NCBI GenBank assembly: GCA_044868045.1
Contig: JBIOWA010000282.1
Location: forward strand, 1-47,349
DNA from: Candidatus Limnocylindrales bacterium
Lineage (GTDB): Bacteria > Chloroflexota > Limnocylindria > Limnocylindrales > CSP1-4
Reading direction: 5' to 3'
DNA: 47,349 bases
Positions 8,823 to 18,130 of this stretch are shown here, in pieces. The notes beneath the pieces were generated by a model that ran no database searches, had not been told where the DNA came from, and was given only the letters and a program-made list of their open reading frames with translations. The first letter of the stretch is position 1, and every line of letters begins with the position of its first letter. Position numbers and translations under genes: made by a program.

Positions 8823-9470
8823 TCAGGCGCGACGGAGCCACGTCAGGACGGCGAGGACGCGTCGGTGATCATCAGGCGCCGCTTCAAGCCCGAGCTTGGA
8901 CAGGATGCTCGCGACGTGCGTCTCGACCGTCTTGTCGCCGATGAACAGCCGCCCGGCGATCGCGCGGTTGGATCGACCCTCCGCCATCAGGGCCAGGACA
9001 TCTCGCTCGCGCGGCGTTAGCTCGTCGAGTGGATCCCGAGCGCGGCGGCGCCCCACCAGCGCGGCGACCACGGCCGGGTCGACAACCGTCCCGCCCCGGG
9101 CCACCCGCTCGATGGCCTCGAAGAGGTCGTCCATCGCCGCGACGCGCTCCTTGAGCAGGTAGCCGACCCCGCCACGCCCCTCGCCGAGGAGCCGGACCGC
9201 GTGGGCTGCCTCGACGGCCTGCGACAACACCACGACCGGGACGCTCGGAGTGCGCTCCAGCAACGTCTCCGCAGCGACCAGGCCCTCATCGGTGTGCGTC
9301 GGTGGCATCCGGATGTCGACGATCGCGACGTCGACGGGTTCGCGATCGACGAGGGCGAGCAACGATGCGGCGTCCCCCACGGCACCGACGACATCGAAGC
9401 CACCGTCGCGGAGGACGCGGGCGATCCCCTCGCGCAGGAGAACGACGTCTTCGGCTACGACGACCCGCAC
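8823..9470 (-). CDS. NarL/FixJ (LuxR-type) response regulator
   Basis: Receiver domain (VAIVDIRMPPTHTDEG) plus LuxR HTH (LTPRERDVLALMAEGRSNRAIAGRLFIGDKTVETHVASILSKLG). Confidence 0.9.
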   Translation of the reverse strand: MRVVVAEDVVLLREGIARVLRDGGFDVVGAVGDAASLLALVDREPVDVAIVDIRMPPTHTDEGLVAAETLLERTPSVPVVVLSQAVEAAHAVRLLGEGRGGVGYLLKERVAAMDDLFEAIERVARGGTVVDPAVVAALVGRRRARDPLDELTPRERDVLALMAEGRSNRAIAGRLFIGDKTVETHVASILSKLGLEAAPDDHRRVLAVLTWLRRA

Positions 9471-11230
9471 GGGAGGTCCACCTCCAGCCGAGTCCCTGCC
9501 CCTGCATCGCTGATGATGCGCACGGTCCCGCCGAGCGCCGACACGCGATCCCGGATCCCGGTCAGGCCCGAGCCATCCGGATCGGCGCCGCCACGTCCGT
9601 CGTCCCAGACCTCGAGCCGCAGCCGATCGTCGTCGACCCGTGCTCGAACCTGCACCCGCGCGGCGCCGGCGTGCTTGATGGCGTTCGTCAGGGCTTCGGC
9701 GACGACGAAATAGGCCGTCACCTCGACGGCCGCGGGAAGCCTGCCCGGGACCGAGTCCTCGATCACGACCGGCAAGGGCGTCCGGTCGGCGAGCGATGCG
9801 AGCGCGGCGCCGAGGCCCGCTTCGGACAGGATGGCCGGGTGGACGCCCCGTGCGAGCTCGCGGATGTCGGCGATGGCTGCCGCGGCCTCGGCGGTCGCGG
9901 CGTCCAGTTCGGCCAACGTCGCCGCGTCAGTCGCGGGCCCGAGCTCCCGGCGGAGCATCTGGAGCGACAGCTGGAGCGACACCAGGCGCTGTTGCGCCCC
10001 GTCGTGGAGGTCGCGCTCGATCCGTCGCCGCTCGTCGTCCTGCGCTTCGACGATCCGCGCCCGTGACGCCCGGACCGACTCCAGCTGGGCGCGGACCTCC
10101 GCCTGGAGCCGTTCGTTCTCCACTGCAAGCCGCACGGCCGCCGTCGCCGCAGACACGAGCCCCGGATCGTTGCGGAGCGATGGGTCGTGGGCGATCACCA
10201 GGTCCGGCGCCGCCCCGTCGCCGATCGTCAGGATCGTCCGGCCGGCCCCACCGGCATCTGGCGAGGGGCTGGGATGACCAGCCGCGTCGGCGAAGCTGGC
10301 GGTCGCAGGCTCCCAGCGAAAGACCTCGAGTGACGGGTCGCCAAGGGCATCCCGGAGTGAGGCCTGCAGGACGGACAACGGCGGCAGGCCGTCGAGCCGG
10401 ATGACGAGATCGGCGATCCGACTACGCGCAGCGTCCGTGCGAAGGACCCCGATGACCAGACCCACCGCGACGAGGACGCGCAGGACCGCGAGGACGATGG
10501 TACGAAGCTCGCCGAGCGGCTCACGACTGCTCGTCGGGACGGCGGTTTGCAGCAGGAACGTGACGATGAACCCGCCGGCGAGCACGATGCCGGCCACGAC
10601 CACCGGGGCGAGGCGTTGGCGCGCGGCGCCGGTCGCGTTGAGCCAGCGGCTCACGACCGAGAGCAGGATGCCGACCGAGAGGCCCGCCAGGACCAACGTT
10701 TCGAGCCGACCCAGCGGATCCAACGCGTTGTCGGCGGCGATCCACGCGTCCACCGTCGAGATGCACGTCGGGCAATCCCACCAGCCGATGGGCCGCGAGC
10801 CGTACGCCTTGGCCACGGTCCAGGCGGCCTGGACCACGATGAACCCGATGGCGAGGAACCGATCGATCCTGCGCTCGATCCGACCCGACGGGTAGGCAAG
10901 GATGACGAGCGCGAAGAGTGGATCGAACCAGCCATGGGCCATCGTCGCCGCATAGGACACCACCGCCACATCGGAGCTCGTGAAGTCGCCGACGAACCAG
11001 GCGAGCCCGGTTACGACCGCCAGCGGACCGATGCGATTTCCCGGTCGGCGGTCGGCGATCAGCAGGCCGGCGGCGATCATCGACCAGCCCACCGCGACGT
11101 CAGCCAGCAGCAGGGCCGGGCTTCGCTCCGCTGTCCGGGTCAACTGATAGGTCGCGAACGGACCGAAGGCCAGCGCCACGAGACCGATGGCCGCGAGCAC
11201 GAACCGCCGGCGTCCGGGCGACATCGTCAT
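9455..11230 (-). CDS. Multi-TM sensor histidine kinase (HisKA_3 + HATPase_c)
   Basis: H-box RRRIERDLHDGAQQRLVSL and an ATPase domain with GSGLTGIRDRVSALGGTV. About 6-8 N-terminal TM helices. Start ATG at 11230 (MTMSPGRRRF). The remainder of the 919-aa ORF is read-through of upstream genes in other frames. Confidence 0.9.
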   Translation of the reverse strand: MTMSPGRRRFVLAAIGLVALAFGPFATYQLTRTAERSPALLLADVAVGWSMIAAGLLIADRRPGNRIGPLAVVTGLAWFVGDFTSSDVAVVSYAATMAHGWFDPLFALVILAYPSGRIERRIDRFLAIGFIVVQAAWTVAKAYGSRPIGWWDCPTCISTVDAWIAADNALDPLGRLETLVLAGLSVGILLSVVSRWLNATGAARQRLAPVVVAGIVLAGGFIVTFLLQTAVPTSSREPLGELRTIVLAVLRVLVAVGLVIGVLRTDAARSRIADLVIRLDGLPPLSVLQASLRDALGDPSLEVFRWEPATASFADAAGHPSPSPDAGGAGRTILTIGDGAAPDLVIAHDPSLRNDPGLVSAATAAVRLAVENERLQAEVRAQLESVRASRARIVEAQDDERRRIERDLHDGAQQRLVSLQLSLQMLRRELGPATDAATLAELDAATAEAAAAIADIRELARGVHPAILSEAGLGAALASLADRTPLPVVIEDSVPGRLPAAVEVTAYFVVAEALTNAIKHAGAARVQVRARVDDDRLRLEVWDDGRGGADPDGSGLTGIRDRVSALGGTVRIISDAGAGTRLEVDLPCGSS

Positions 11231-11601
11231 CGACCCGCGGCTCCTGCCACCATCGCCCGCAGCCGCCCACCGACGAGGTCGTCCTTGGCGATGAACCCGA
11301 GCGCCGAACTCGTCGCCACGCGCGAGCCGTAGGCGCCGAGGTCGCGGCTCGACACCAGCACGACCGCCGGTGTGTCGCCGGCTCCGGCGGCCAGCCGTTC
11401 CGCGACGACGAACCCATCGATGTCCGGCAGGCCGATATCCAGGAGGACGACGTCGGGCGAAAGGGCCGCCACGGCCACCAGCGCCGAGGCACCGTCCTCG
11501 GCCTCGCCAACGACCGTCCAGCCATCCCGTTCCAGCAGGCGTCGTGCCGTCGCGCGGAAGCCGGCGTGATCGTCGACCACGAGGATGGTTCGGAGGGTCA
11601 T
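11227..11601 (-). CDS. Stand-alone receiver-domain (CheY-like) protein
   Basis: MTLRTILVVDDHAGFR...DVVLLDIGLPDIDG...GFIAKDDL. It overlaps the kinase start by 4 nt (ATGA). Confidence 0.8.
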   Translation of the reverse strand: MTLRTILVVDDHAGFRATARRLLERDGWTVVGEAEDGASALVAVAALSPDVVLLDIGLPDIDGFVVAERLAAGAGDTPAVVLVSSRDLGAYGSRVATSSALGFIAKDDLVGGRLRAMVAGAAGR

Positions 11602-12062
11602 GGCACGCGCACCCAGGGTTGCGCGTCGAGCATCGCGAACCATTCCGCGTCTTCCGGGAGCTCGGAGCTCTCGTACGTCGTGACCAGGCGATCACCGTCG
11701 AGTCGCCACCGGTGGCGTGACCACCCCCAGAAGCTCGGGTGAACGACCTCGAGCGTGACGAGCTCGCCATCGACGACATAGCGGCCGCGGGCCGGCCCGG
11801 TCCGCAACGTTTGGCCAGCTGTCGCTTCCGGGACCTCGGCCCAGTCGCCGTCCGATTCGAAGACCCAGGACAGCCGCATGGGACCGAGGAACGGATCGAC
11901 GAACAGTTTGCTGAACACGCCGGTGGGGAAGCCGTCAGGTCGAACACCTGCGGGCGGTGGAGCGGATCCCGGACTGCTGCACGCGGCTGCGGCGATGGCC
12001 GCGGCGAGCACCGCGGCCAGGACGGTCGCGGCGGAGGGTAAAACGCGTCCGTTGCGCCACAT
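11598..12062 (-). CDS. Predicted lipoprotein of unknown function
   Basis: Signal peptide with a lipobox-like AAAACS. It overlaps the receiver start by 4 nt and is the first gene of the four-gene operon. Confidence 0.6.
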   Translation of the reverse strand: MWRNGRVLPSAATVLAAVLAAAIAAAACSSPGSAPPPAGVRPDGFPTGVFSKLFVDPFLGPMRLSWVFESDGDWAEVPEATAGQTLRTGPARGRYVVDGELVTLEVVHPSFWGWSRHRWRLDGDRLVTTYESSELPEDAEWFAMLDAQPWVRVP

Positions 12063-12213
12063 GCCGAAACGATACGGCGGGAATATCCGCCCAACATCCG
12101 GGACGTCCCGGAGATGCGATTCCCCGCTCGCCCCGATGGCAACACGGGCCCGGCGGTCGACTGTCGGTATCGGCCGGAAACCGATCCGGCGACCATGCCA
12201 GGAGGGCTCGACA

Positions 12214-13167
12214 ATGGGATCGCAAACGCTCGGGTGGCGCCTCGTCATCGGCGCCGTCATCGCCGTTGCAACAGCGGCATGTACCAGCGGGTCCGCAGGC
12301 GCCACGACTGCACCGGTATCAGCATCGGCGCCGGCATCCGCGTCAGCGGCAGCGAGTACTCCCACCGAACGCGATTTCTTGCGCGACATCGACGTCGGCG
12401 GCAGGACCATGAGCATCGCCTGCGTCGGCCCGACCAATACGGGTCGCCCGACGGTCGTCTTCGAGGCTGGTCTCGGTGGCGACAAGCGCGGCTGGGGCGA
12501 TGTCCTGACCCAGCTCATGAGCACGGACCGCGGTTGCAGTTACGACCGTGCAGGGCTGGGCCTGTCGGAACCGGGACCGAAGCCGCGTACGACGGACGAA
12601 CAGGTCGACGACCTGCATGCGCTGCTCGGTGCAGCCGGGGTCGAGCCGCCCTACGTGCTCGTCGGCCATTCCTCGGGTGGCTGGAACGTGATGGTGTTCG
12701 GCGGTCGATACCCGGACGACGTTGCCGGCGTCGTCATGGTCGATGTCCGACCGCCGCTCGCGAGCGAGCGGTTCGCAGCCTCATTGCCGTCACCATCCGC
12801 CGACGAGCCCGAAGCCGTGCGACAGATGCGGGCCGATCTGACCGAATGGGAGCACGATCCGTCCCAGAATCCGGAGGGACTCGACCTGATCAAGAGCGCG
12901 GCGGAGGCTGCCGCGAGCCCTGGCTTCGACGATCGTCCGCTGATCGTTCTGACCGCCGGTGACCGTGCCGCCGTCACCGAGGGCATGCCGGCCGATCTGG
13001 CGAAGACCTTCGATGACATCTGGATGGAGCTCCAGACCAAGCTGGTGGCCCTGTCGACGGACGGCCGGCAGGAGGTCGTCGCCGGGGCGACGCACGACCT
13101 CCCGTTCGAGAAGCCCGACGTCGTGGTCGGGGCGATCCGCGAGGTGCTCGGCGAGATCGGCGCCTGA
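12214..13167 (+). CDS. Secreted/lipoprotein alpha/beta-fold hydrolase
   Basis: Lipobox-like VATAACTS. Nucleophile elbow GHSSGG. VVFEAGLGGD oxyanion region. Confidence 0.85.
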   Translation: MGSQTLGWRLVIGAVIAVATAACTSGSAGATTAPVSASAPASASAAASTPTERDFLRDIDVGGRTMSIACVGPTNTGRPTVVFEAGLGGDKRGWGDVLTQLMSTDRGCSYDRAGLGLSEPGPKPRTTDEQVDDLHALLGAAGVEPPYVLVGHSSGGWNVMVFGGRYPDDVAGVVMVDVRPPLASERFAASLPSPSADEPEAVRQMRADLTEWEHDPSQNPEGLDLIKSAAEAAASPGFDDRPLIVLTAGDRAAVTEGMPADLAKTFDDIWMELQTKLVALSTDGRQEVVAGATHDLPFEKPDVVVGAIREVLGEIGA

Positions 13168-13205
13168 TCGTCCGGCACGGCCGGCGGGCAATGCGGGGTC
13201 GGCGG

Positions 13206-13887
13206 TCAGCCGGCCCCGCCGCCATCTCGGAGCCAGGCGAGCACGGCCTGCACCCGGCGATGGGCGACCGCGTCGGGCTCCAACCCCAGCTTCGCGAAGA
13301 TCTGGCCGACGTGGCCCTTGACCGTCTTTGAGCTCGAGGTCGAGGGCGTCGGTGATGCCCTGGTTGGAGCGTCCCTCGGCCATGAGCCCGAGGATCTCGC
13401 GCTCCCGGCGGGTCAACTCGTCGAGCGGGGAATGGTCACGGGGCCGACCCATCAGCCTGGCCACGACCTCCGGGCCGATGACCGAGTTGCCGGCGGCCAC
13501 GCGGCGGACGGCGTCGGCCAGATCAGCGACCCGCGTGACGCGGTCCTTGAGCAGGTAGCCGAGTCCGCGAGCATCCGCCCGGACCAGGTCGACGGCGTAG
13601 CGCGTTTCGACGTACTGGGACAACACGAGGATCGCGAGCCCCGGGTGGGCGCGTCGCAGACGCTGGGCTGCCTCGAGCCCCTCGGTCGTGTGGGTCGGTG
13701 GCATCCGGACTTCCACGATGACGACGTCCGGGGACGTGCGCTCGACCAGGTCCTCGAGATCGACGGCATCGCCCGACTGCCCGACCACCTCGAAACCGGA
13801 CGCGGCGAGGCTTGCGGCGAGCGCCTCGCGCAAGAGGACGGCGTCGTGGGCCAGGACGATGCGGATACTCTCGCCCACGGCGATCAT
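13206..13887 (-). pseudogene. Orphan NarL/LuxR-type response regulator with a +1 frameshift inside the HTH
   Basis: The receiver is intact ([16 protein letters not shown]). After ...SNQGITDALDLEL the frame breaks at an AAA run (complement of 13327-13329). The +1 frame continues KTVKGHVGQIFAKLGLEPDAVAHRRVQAVLAWLRDGGGAG and stops at 13206-13208. The span is 682 nt (3n+1). ORF 12790..13989 is the read-through artefact. Confidence 0.75.
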
Positions 13888-14156
13888 CCTGCCACTTCGC
13901 CGTCCGCGCGACGAACCGGGTAGACCACTGGATTCTTGGTTCGCGATCCGCTGGCACGTCCCGGCGACGGCGGCATCGCCTGCCCGCATCGTGTGGCCAT
14001 CGTTCCGATCTCCCGGAGCGCGAGCGAGGACCGACCGATGGCCGCCACGATGGCACAGACATTCGCCCCGTCACACCCGACGATCCTTCGGCCAGCCGTC
14101 CGACGTCACCCGATGCCGCAACCGGGTCCGCATCCAGGCAACTGAACCGCGCCGGG

Positions 14157-14162
14157 TACACT
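14157..14162 (+). promoter_or_regulatory. Candidate -10 element (TACACT) upstream of guaA
   Basis: GGGTACACTGGGG lies 40 nt upstream of the ATG at 14202. GGAGGGG at 14183-14189 serves as the RBS. Confidence 0.3.
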
Positions 14163-14201
14163 GGGGCCGGCGGGAGACGGCGCGGAGGGGTACATCGGAC
14201 G

Positions 14202-16046
14202 ATGACGAAGGCGATCGAGTCGGACGCGGACGTCGCCGAGAGCGAAGGGCAGCGGCCGGCGGACACACCGGCCGAGGCAGAACCGACCGGCGCGGCGCCG
14301 ACGGGAGCCAAGGCGACCAAATCCCCACCACGGCCACGAGATCGCGGCAAGACCGTCCACGGCGAGGCAGCCAACGCCGGACATCGTGTCCTCGCCCCCG
14401 ACGACGCCGAGGTCGAGGCCTACCTCGAGACCGCGCTGCACGCCCCGGCGCCGGACCGTACGGCCGATGCGCCGGCCACGACGACGAGCGGCCCGGTCGT
14501 CGTCCTCGACTTCGGCAGCCAGTTCGCGCAGCTGATCGCCCGACGCGTGCGCGAGCTGGAGGTCTACTCCGAGTTGCTTCCGCACGACACGCCGCTCGAA
14601 GAGCTGGAGCGTCGAGGGACGCGGGCCATCATCCTGTCGGGTGGCCCGAACTCGGTCTACGACGAGGCTGCCCCGAAACCGGACCCGGCCATCTGGAGCG
14701 GCCGCATCCCCGTCCTCGGGATCTGTTACGGGGCGCAGCTCATGGCACGTGAGCTCGGCGGCGACGTGCTCCCGGCCGGCAAGCGCGAATACGGCCCCGC
14801 AAACGTGCAGCTCACGACGGCGGACGGACTCTTCGAGGGGCTGGGGCGGGAGCAGCCGGTGTGGATGAGCCATGGCGACTCGATCACCCGACTCCCCGAT
14901 GGCTTCGTCTCGACCGCGCAGACCGACTCCACGCCGTTCGCGGGGCTCGAGGCCCCGGACCGCAAGCTCTACGGCATCCAGTTCCATCCGGAGGTCGTCC
15001 ATACCCCGCACGGCAAGGACGTGCTGCGCAATTTCGTTCAAGGCATCGCCGGGATCGAGCCGGCCTGGACGGCCGCCAATTTCATCGAGACGACAGTCGT
15101 CGGGATCCGCGAGCGAGTCGACCGTCACGCTCGCGATACCGAATCGGACGGCAAGGTCATCTGTGCGTTGTCGGGCGGCGTCGATTCGGCCGTCGCCGCG
15201 GCCCTCGTGCATCGCGCCGTCGGCGATCGACTGACGTGTATCTACGTCGACCACGGGCTTATGCGCAAGAAGGAGTCGGAGCTCCTGCGCGTCACCTTCG
15301 AGCGCGACCTCGGGATGAACCTCGTCATGGTCGATGCCCGCGAACGGTTCCTCGCTCGGCTTGCCGGCGTCGAGGATCCCGAGGAGAAGCGGCGGATCAT
15401 CGGCGATGAGTTCATCCGCGTGTTCGAAGAGGAGGCGGCCGACCTCGGGCGGATCGACTTCCTGACCCAGGGCACGCTCTACCCCGACGTCATCGAGAGT
15501 GCGACGGCGGAAACGAAGGCGGCGCAGAAGATCAAGACCCACCACAACGTCGGGGGACTCCCGGCCGACTTGCGCTTCCAGCTGATCGAGCCGCTGCGCT
15601 ACCTGTTCAAGGACGAAGTCCGCAAGGTCGGGCTCGAGCTCGGGCTGCCGGAGGCGATGGTCCTGCGCCAGCCGTTCCCGGGCCCGGGCCTGGCGATCCG
15701 CATCATCGGGGAGGTCACCGCCGACCGGCTCGAGACGCTGCGCGAGGCCGACTGGATCGTCATCGATGAGATCAAGGCCGCGAATCTCTACCGCAGCCTG
15801 TGGCAGAGCTTCGCGATCCTGACGCCGGTGCGCTCCGTGGGCGTGATGGGTGACGGTCGGACCTACGCCAACGTGGTCGCGATCAGGGCCGTGACCTCGG
15901 AGGACGGCATGACCGCCGATTGGGCCAAGCTCCCGTACGACATCCTGGGCAAGATCAGCAGCCGGATCGTGAACGAGGTCCCCGGTGTCAACCGGGTCGT
16001 CTACGACATCAGCTCCAAGCCCCCAGCGACCATCGAATGGGAATAG
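14202..16046 (+). CDS. guaA: GMP synthase (glutamine-hydrolysing) with an N-terminal extension of about 95 aa
   Basis: GATase ([31 protein letters not shown]), the ATP-PPase P-loop ([10 protein letters not shown]) and the C-terminal dimerisation domain ending ATIEWE. Start ATG at 14202 with RBS GGAGGGG. Confidence 0.9.
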   Translation: MTKAIESDADVAESEGQRPADTPAEAEPTGAAPTGAKATKSPPRPRDRGKTVHGEAANAGHRVLAPDDAEVEAYLETALHAPAPDRTADAPATTTSGPVVVLDFGSQFAQLIARRVRELEVYSELLPHDTPLEELERRGTRAIILSGGPNSVYDEAAPKPDPAIWSGRIPVLGICYGAQLMARELGGDVLPAGKREYGPANVQLTTADGLFEGLGREQPVWMSHGDSITRLPDGFVSTAQTDSTPFAGLEAPDRKLYGIQFHPEVVHTPHGKDVLRNFVQGIAGIEPAWTAANFIETTVVGIRERVDRHARDTESDGKVICALSGGVDSAVAAALVHRAVGDRLTCIYVDHGLMRKKESELLRVTFERDLGMNLVMVDARERFLARLAGVEDPEEKRRIIGDEFIRVFEEEAADLGRIDFLTQGTLYPDVIESATAETKAAQKIKTHHNVGGLPADLRFQLIEPLRYLFKDEVRKVGLELGLPEAMVLRQPFPGPGLAIRIIGEVTADRLETLREADWIVIDEIKAANLYRSLWQSFAILTPVRSVGVMGDGRTYANVVAIRAVTSEDGMTADWAKLPYDILGKISSRIVNEVPGVNRVVYDISSKPPATIEWE

Positions 16047-16141
16047 AACGCGCGCAGGTCGGAAGTGGTGCGGCCCGGTACTCCGCCGACCCCGGACCGA
16101 TGGGGTATTCCGGCACTTCGAGCAGGCGGTAGCATTCGGCC

Positions 16142-16624
16142 ATGGTCGACGACACGCCTTCCGCGGCTGGGTCGGCGGAGAACACCTGCCCGTGGTGCTC
16201 CGCGACGTACACCGGCGATCCCGAGACCTGTCCGTCCTGCGGGGCTGCCCTCGCCGTGGATCCCACGACCGATAGTTCGCTCCCCGGCCTGACCGCCATC
16301 GACGCAGCTGCCATCGTCCGTGCGAAGACGCCGGTCGCCCGACCGCGCAACCGCTTCCTGTCGTGGATCAGCGGGGAGTACCCGGACGAGGTCACGTCGG
16401 CAACCGAAGCAGGGGCGCTCGCTCCGCCCGATGCCGAAGTCCGCCGAGAGATGCTGCGCCTCGAGCTCGAGGCCGATATCGCGAACCTCCAGGCGGAGGC
16501 CGATTCGCTGCTGGCCGAGGCGACCGTCGAAGGACGGGCGCCGGAGGGCCTGCCGGCCGCAGCGCTCGAAGGGGCGATCGAGGCGGACGCGCACGAGACC
16601 GAGGGCCCGGCCCCAACGGCCTGA
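16142..16624 (+). CDS. Zinc-ribbon protein with an acidic coiled-coil tail (hypothetical)
   Basis: CPWCSATYTGDPETCPSCG (CxxC-x11-CxxC) at the N-terminus. No family recognised. Confidence 0.6.
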   Translation: MVDDTPSAAGSAENTCPWCSATYTGDPETCPSCGAALAVDPTTDSSLPGLTAIDAAAIVRAKTPVARPRNRFLSWISGEYPDEVTSATEAGALAPPDAEVRREMLRLELEADIANLQAEADSLLAEATVEGRAPEGLPAAALEGAIEADAHETEGPAPTA

Positions 16625-16684
16625 ACGCCGCTGCAGCGCCCCGCGCGAGCGGGCCCTGCCAGCCGGCCGCGTATCCTTCCGGCC

Positions 16685-17140
16685 GTGCCCGATCGACTTC
16701 CGCCGCCAGGTCCCTCGTTCCTGCGCGAGCACGAGGTACACGTCGGCGACCGCATCCTGCAAGCGGGCATGGCCCGACCCTCCGAGACGTCCGATGGCTG
16801 GTGGATGGCGCTCCTGTGGGTCGCCGATGACGAGGGCGTCGTCAGCTTCCGGGACGTTGCGCCGGCCGCCGGGCCACCGCCCGATCCGCCACTGGGACGG
16901 CTCGGTCCGGCGCTATCGGGGGCGCTATCCGGTCTGATCCTCGAGGATGCCGGCCGGCTCCAACTGCGGGTCGGAGCACTCGTCCCGCCGGACGACCCCG
17001 AGCGTCCCTGGCGCGCCCCGCTCGCTGTTCGCGCGGCCTTCCGATTCGAGCCGGCGCGTGCGGCGACGATGCGGCCGAACGAGCTCGCCGAGACCGTCCT
17101 CGCGGCATTTCGCCGAGCGGTGGAGCGACTCGCGCGGTGA
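16685..17140 (+). CDS. Hypothetical protein; start uncertain
   Basis: Third codon positions are mostly G/C by eye. Its stop overlaps the next gene's start (GTGA at 17137). No clear RBS at the GTG at 16685; the ATG at 16769 is an alternative. Confidence 0.45.
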   Translation: MPDRLPPPGPSFLREHEVHVGDRILQAGMARPSETSDGWWMALLWVADDEGVVSFRDVAPAAGPPPDPPLGRLGPALSGALSGLILEDAGRLQLRVGALVPPDDPERPWRAPLAVRAAFRFEPARAATMRPNELAETVLAAFRRAVERLAR

Positions 17141-18057
17141 AGGTCGGAGCGACGCTCATCGCCTCGCTCCTTGCCGTCCTCGCCCGACCCGCGACATGGC
17201 CCCTCGCGCTGCTCGGCTTCCTCGTGCGCGGCGGATGGCTGCTGATCGTAGCGCCGATCGTCGTGGTCCCGACCCCGGTCGGCCTCGCCAACATCGTCGC
17301 CCCGTTGCTCGAGGACGTCGCGTTCGGGCGACGGACGGGTGAGGTCATGGCGTTGGTCGCCGTCGTCGTCGTGGTCGCGATCGCCTGGCTGGTCGCCGGC
17401 GGCCTCATCGCGGCGGTCGCCGAAGCCGACGGAGTCCGGCGGATCGCCGACGAGGAAGGGTTCCCATGGCATGGCGGATCGGTGGCCTGGCGCATCGCGG
17501 GCGTCCGGCTGGTCGCGCACCTGCCGCTGGCGATCGGGGCTGCGTGGGCGGCCGTGCGGATCGTGAGCGCCGCGTACCGAGAATTGACCGTTCCGTCGGA
17601 CGTGACGGTGCCGGCGGCCTGGCGAATCGTGGCCGGCGCACCGGATGCCTTCGCGATCGTGGCGGTGACCTGGCTGGCGGGCGAGATCGTCGGTGCCCTG
17701 GCGACCCGCCGGATCGTCCTCGGCGGTGACGGCGGCCGCGCAGCCCTGCGCGCGGGGATCGGCCGCGTCCGTGAGGACCCGGCTCGCGTGCTCACCCTGG
17801 GAATCACGGGTACTGCCGCTCTCGTGGTCGTGCTCGCGACCACCGGCCTTGCCGCGGGCGCGACCTGGAACGCGCTGGGCGCCGCCCTGTCCGTCGGCGA
17901 TGCATCGATGGCGACCCTCCTGCTGCTGGTGTTCGTCGGCCTCTTCGGCGGTGGTCTGGTGTTGATCGGCCTCGTCTGTGCATGGCGAGCGGCCATCTGG
18001 ACCATGGTCGTAGGCGGGACGTTCGGGGGAGGGAACGACATCCGGTCGGGGGACTAG
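17137..18057 (+). CDS. Polytopic membrane protein (hypothetical)
   Basis: About 6 hydrophobic helices. Translationally coupled to the preceding ORF. Confidence 0.6.
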   Translation: MKVGATLIASLLAVLARPATWPLALLGFLVRGGWLLIVAPIVVVPTPVGLANIVAPLLEDVAFGRRTGEVMALVAVVVVVAIAWLVAGGLIAAVAEADGVRRIADEEGFPWHGGSVAWRIAGVRLVAHLPLAIGAAWAAVRIVSAAYRELTVPSDVTVPAAWRIVAGAPDAFAIVAVTWLAGEIVGALATRRIVLGGDGGRAALRAGIGRVREDPARVLTLGITGTAALVVVLATTGLAAGATWNALGAALSVGDASMATLLLLVFVGLFGGGLVLIGLVCAWRAAIWTMVVGGTFGGGNDIRSGD

Positions 18058-18130
18058 AAGGACCACACCCCGTCTGGCACGCTGAGCCACCTTCGACCCG
18101 CGGGGAGGGTCGATGTGAACGAGGTGACGG

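Noticed and set aside
9455-12214. 919-aa ORF that suggests a giant sensor kinase
   Set aside because: Only the C-terminal 591 aa (from the ATG at 11230) look like a kinase. The upstream part is low-complexity read-through across the receiver and lipoprotein genes, which are encoded in other frames with ATGA overlaps.
13905-13950. tRNA-like T-arm string GGTTCGCGATCC and an imperfect hairpin (CGAACC-n20-GGTTCG) between the orphan regulator and guaA
   Set aside because: No acceptor, D or anticodon stems can be drawn, and the T-loop has an extra base. It is more likely an ordinary weak inverted repeat in a promoter region.
12790-13989. 399-aa ORF overlapping the alpha/beta hydrolase gene antisense
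   Set aside because: This is an artefact of the +1 frameshift in the LuxR-type regulator. After the shift, the wrong frame stays open for about 400 nt.
13888-14201. Possible purine/guanine-type riboswitch in the 314-bp region upstream of guaA
   Set aside because: I could not find the conserved purine-riboswitch junction sequences or a three-way junction. The region is better explained by divergent promoters (TACACT at 14157).
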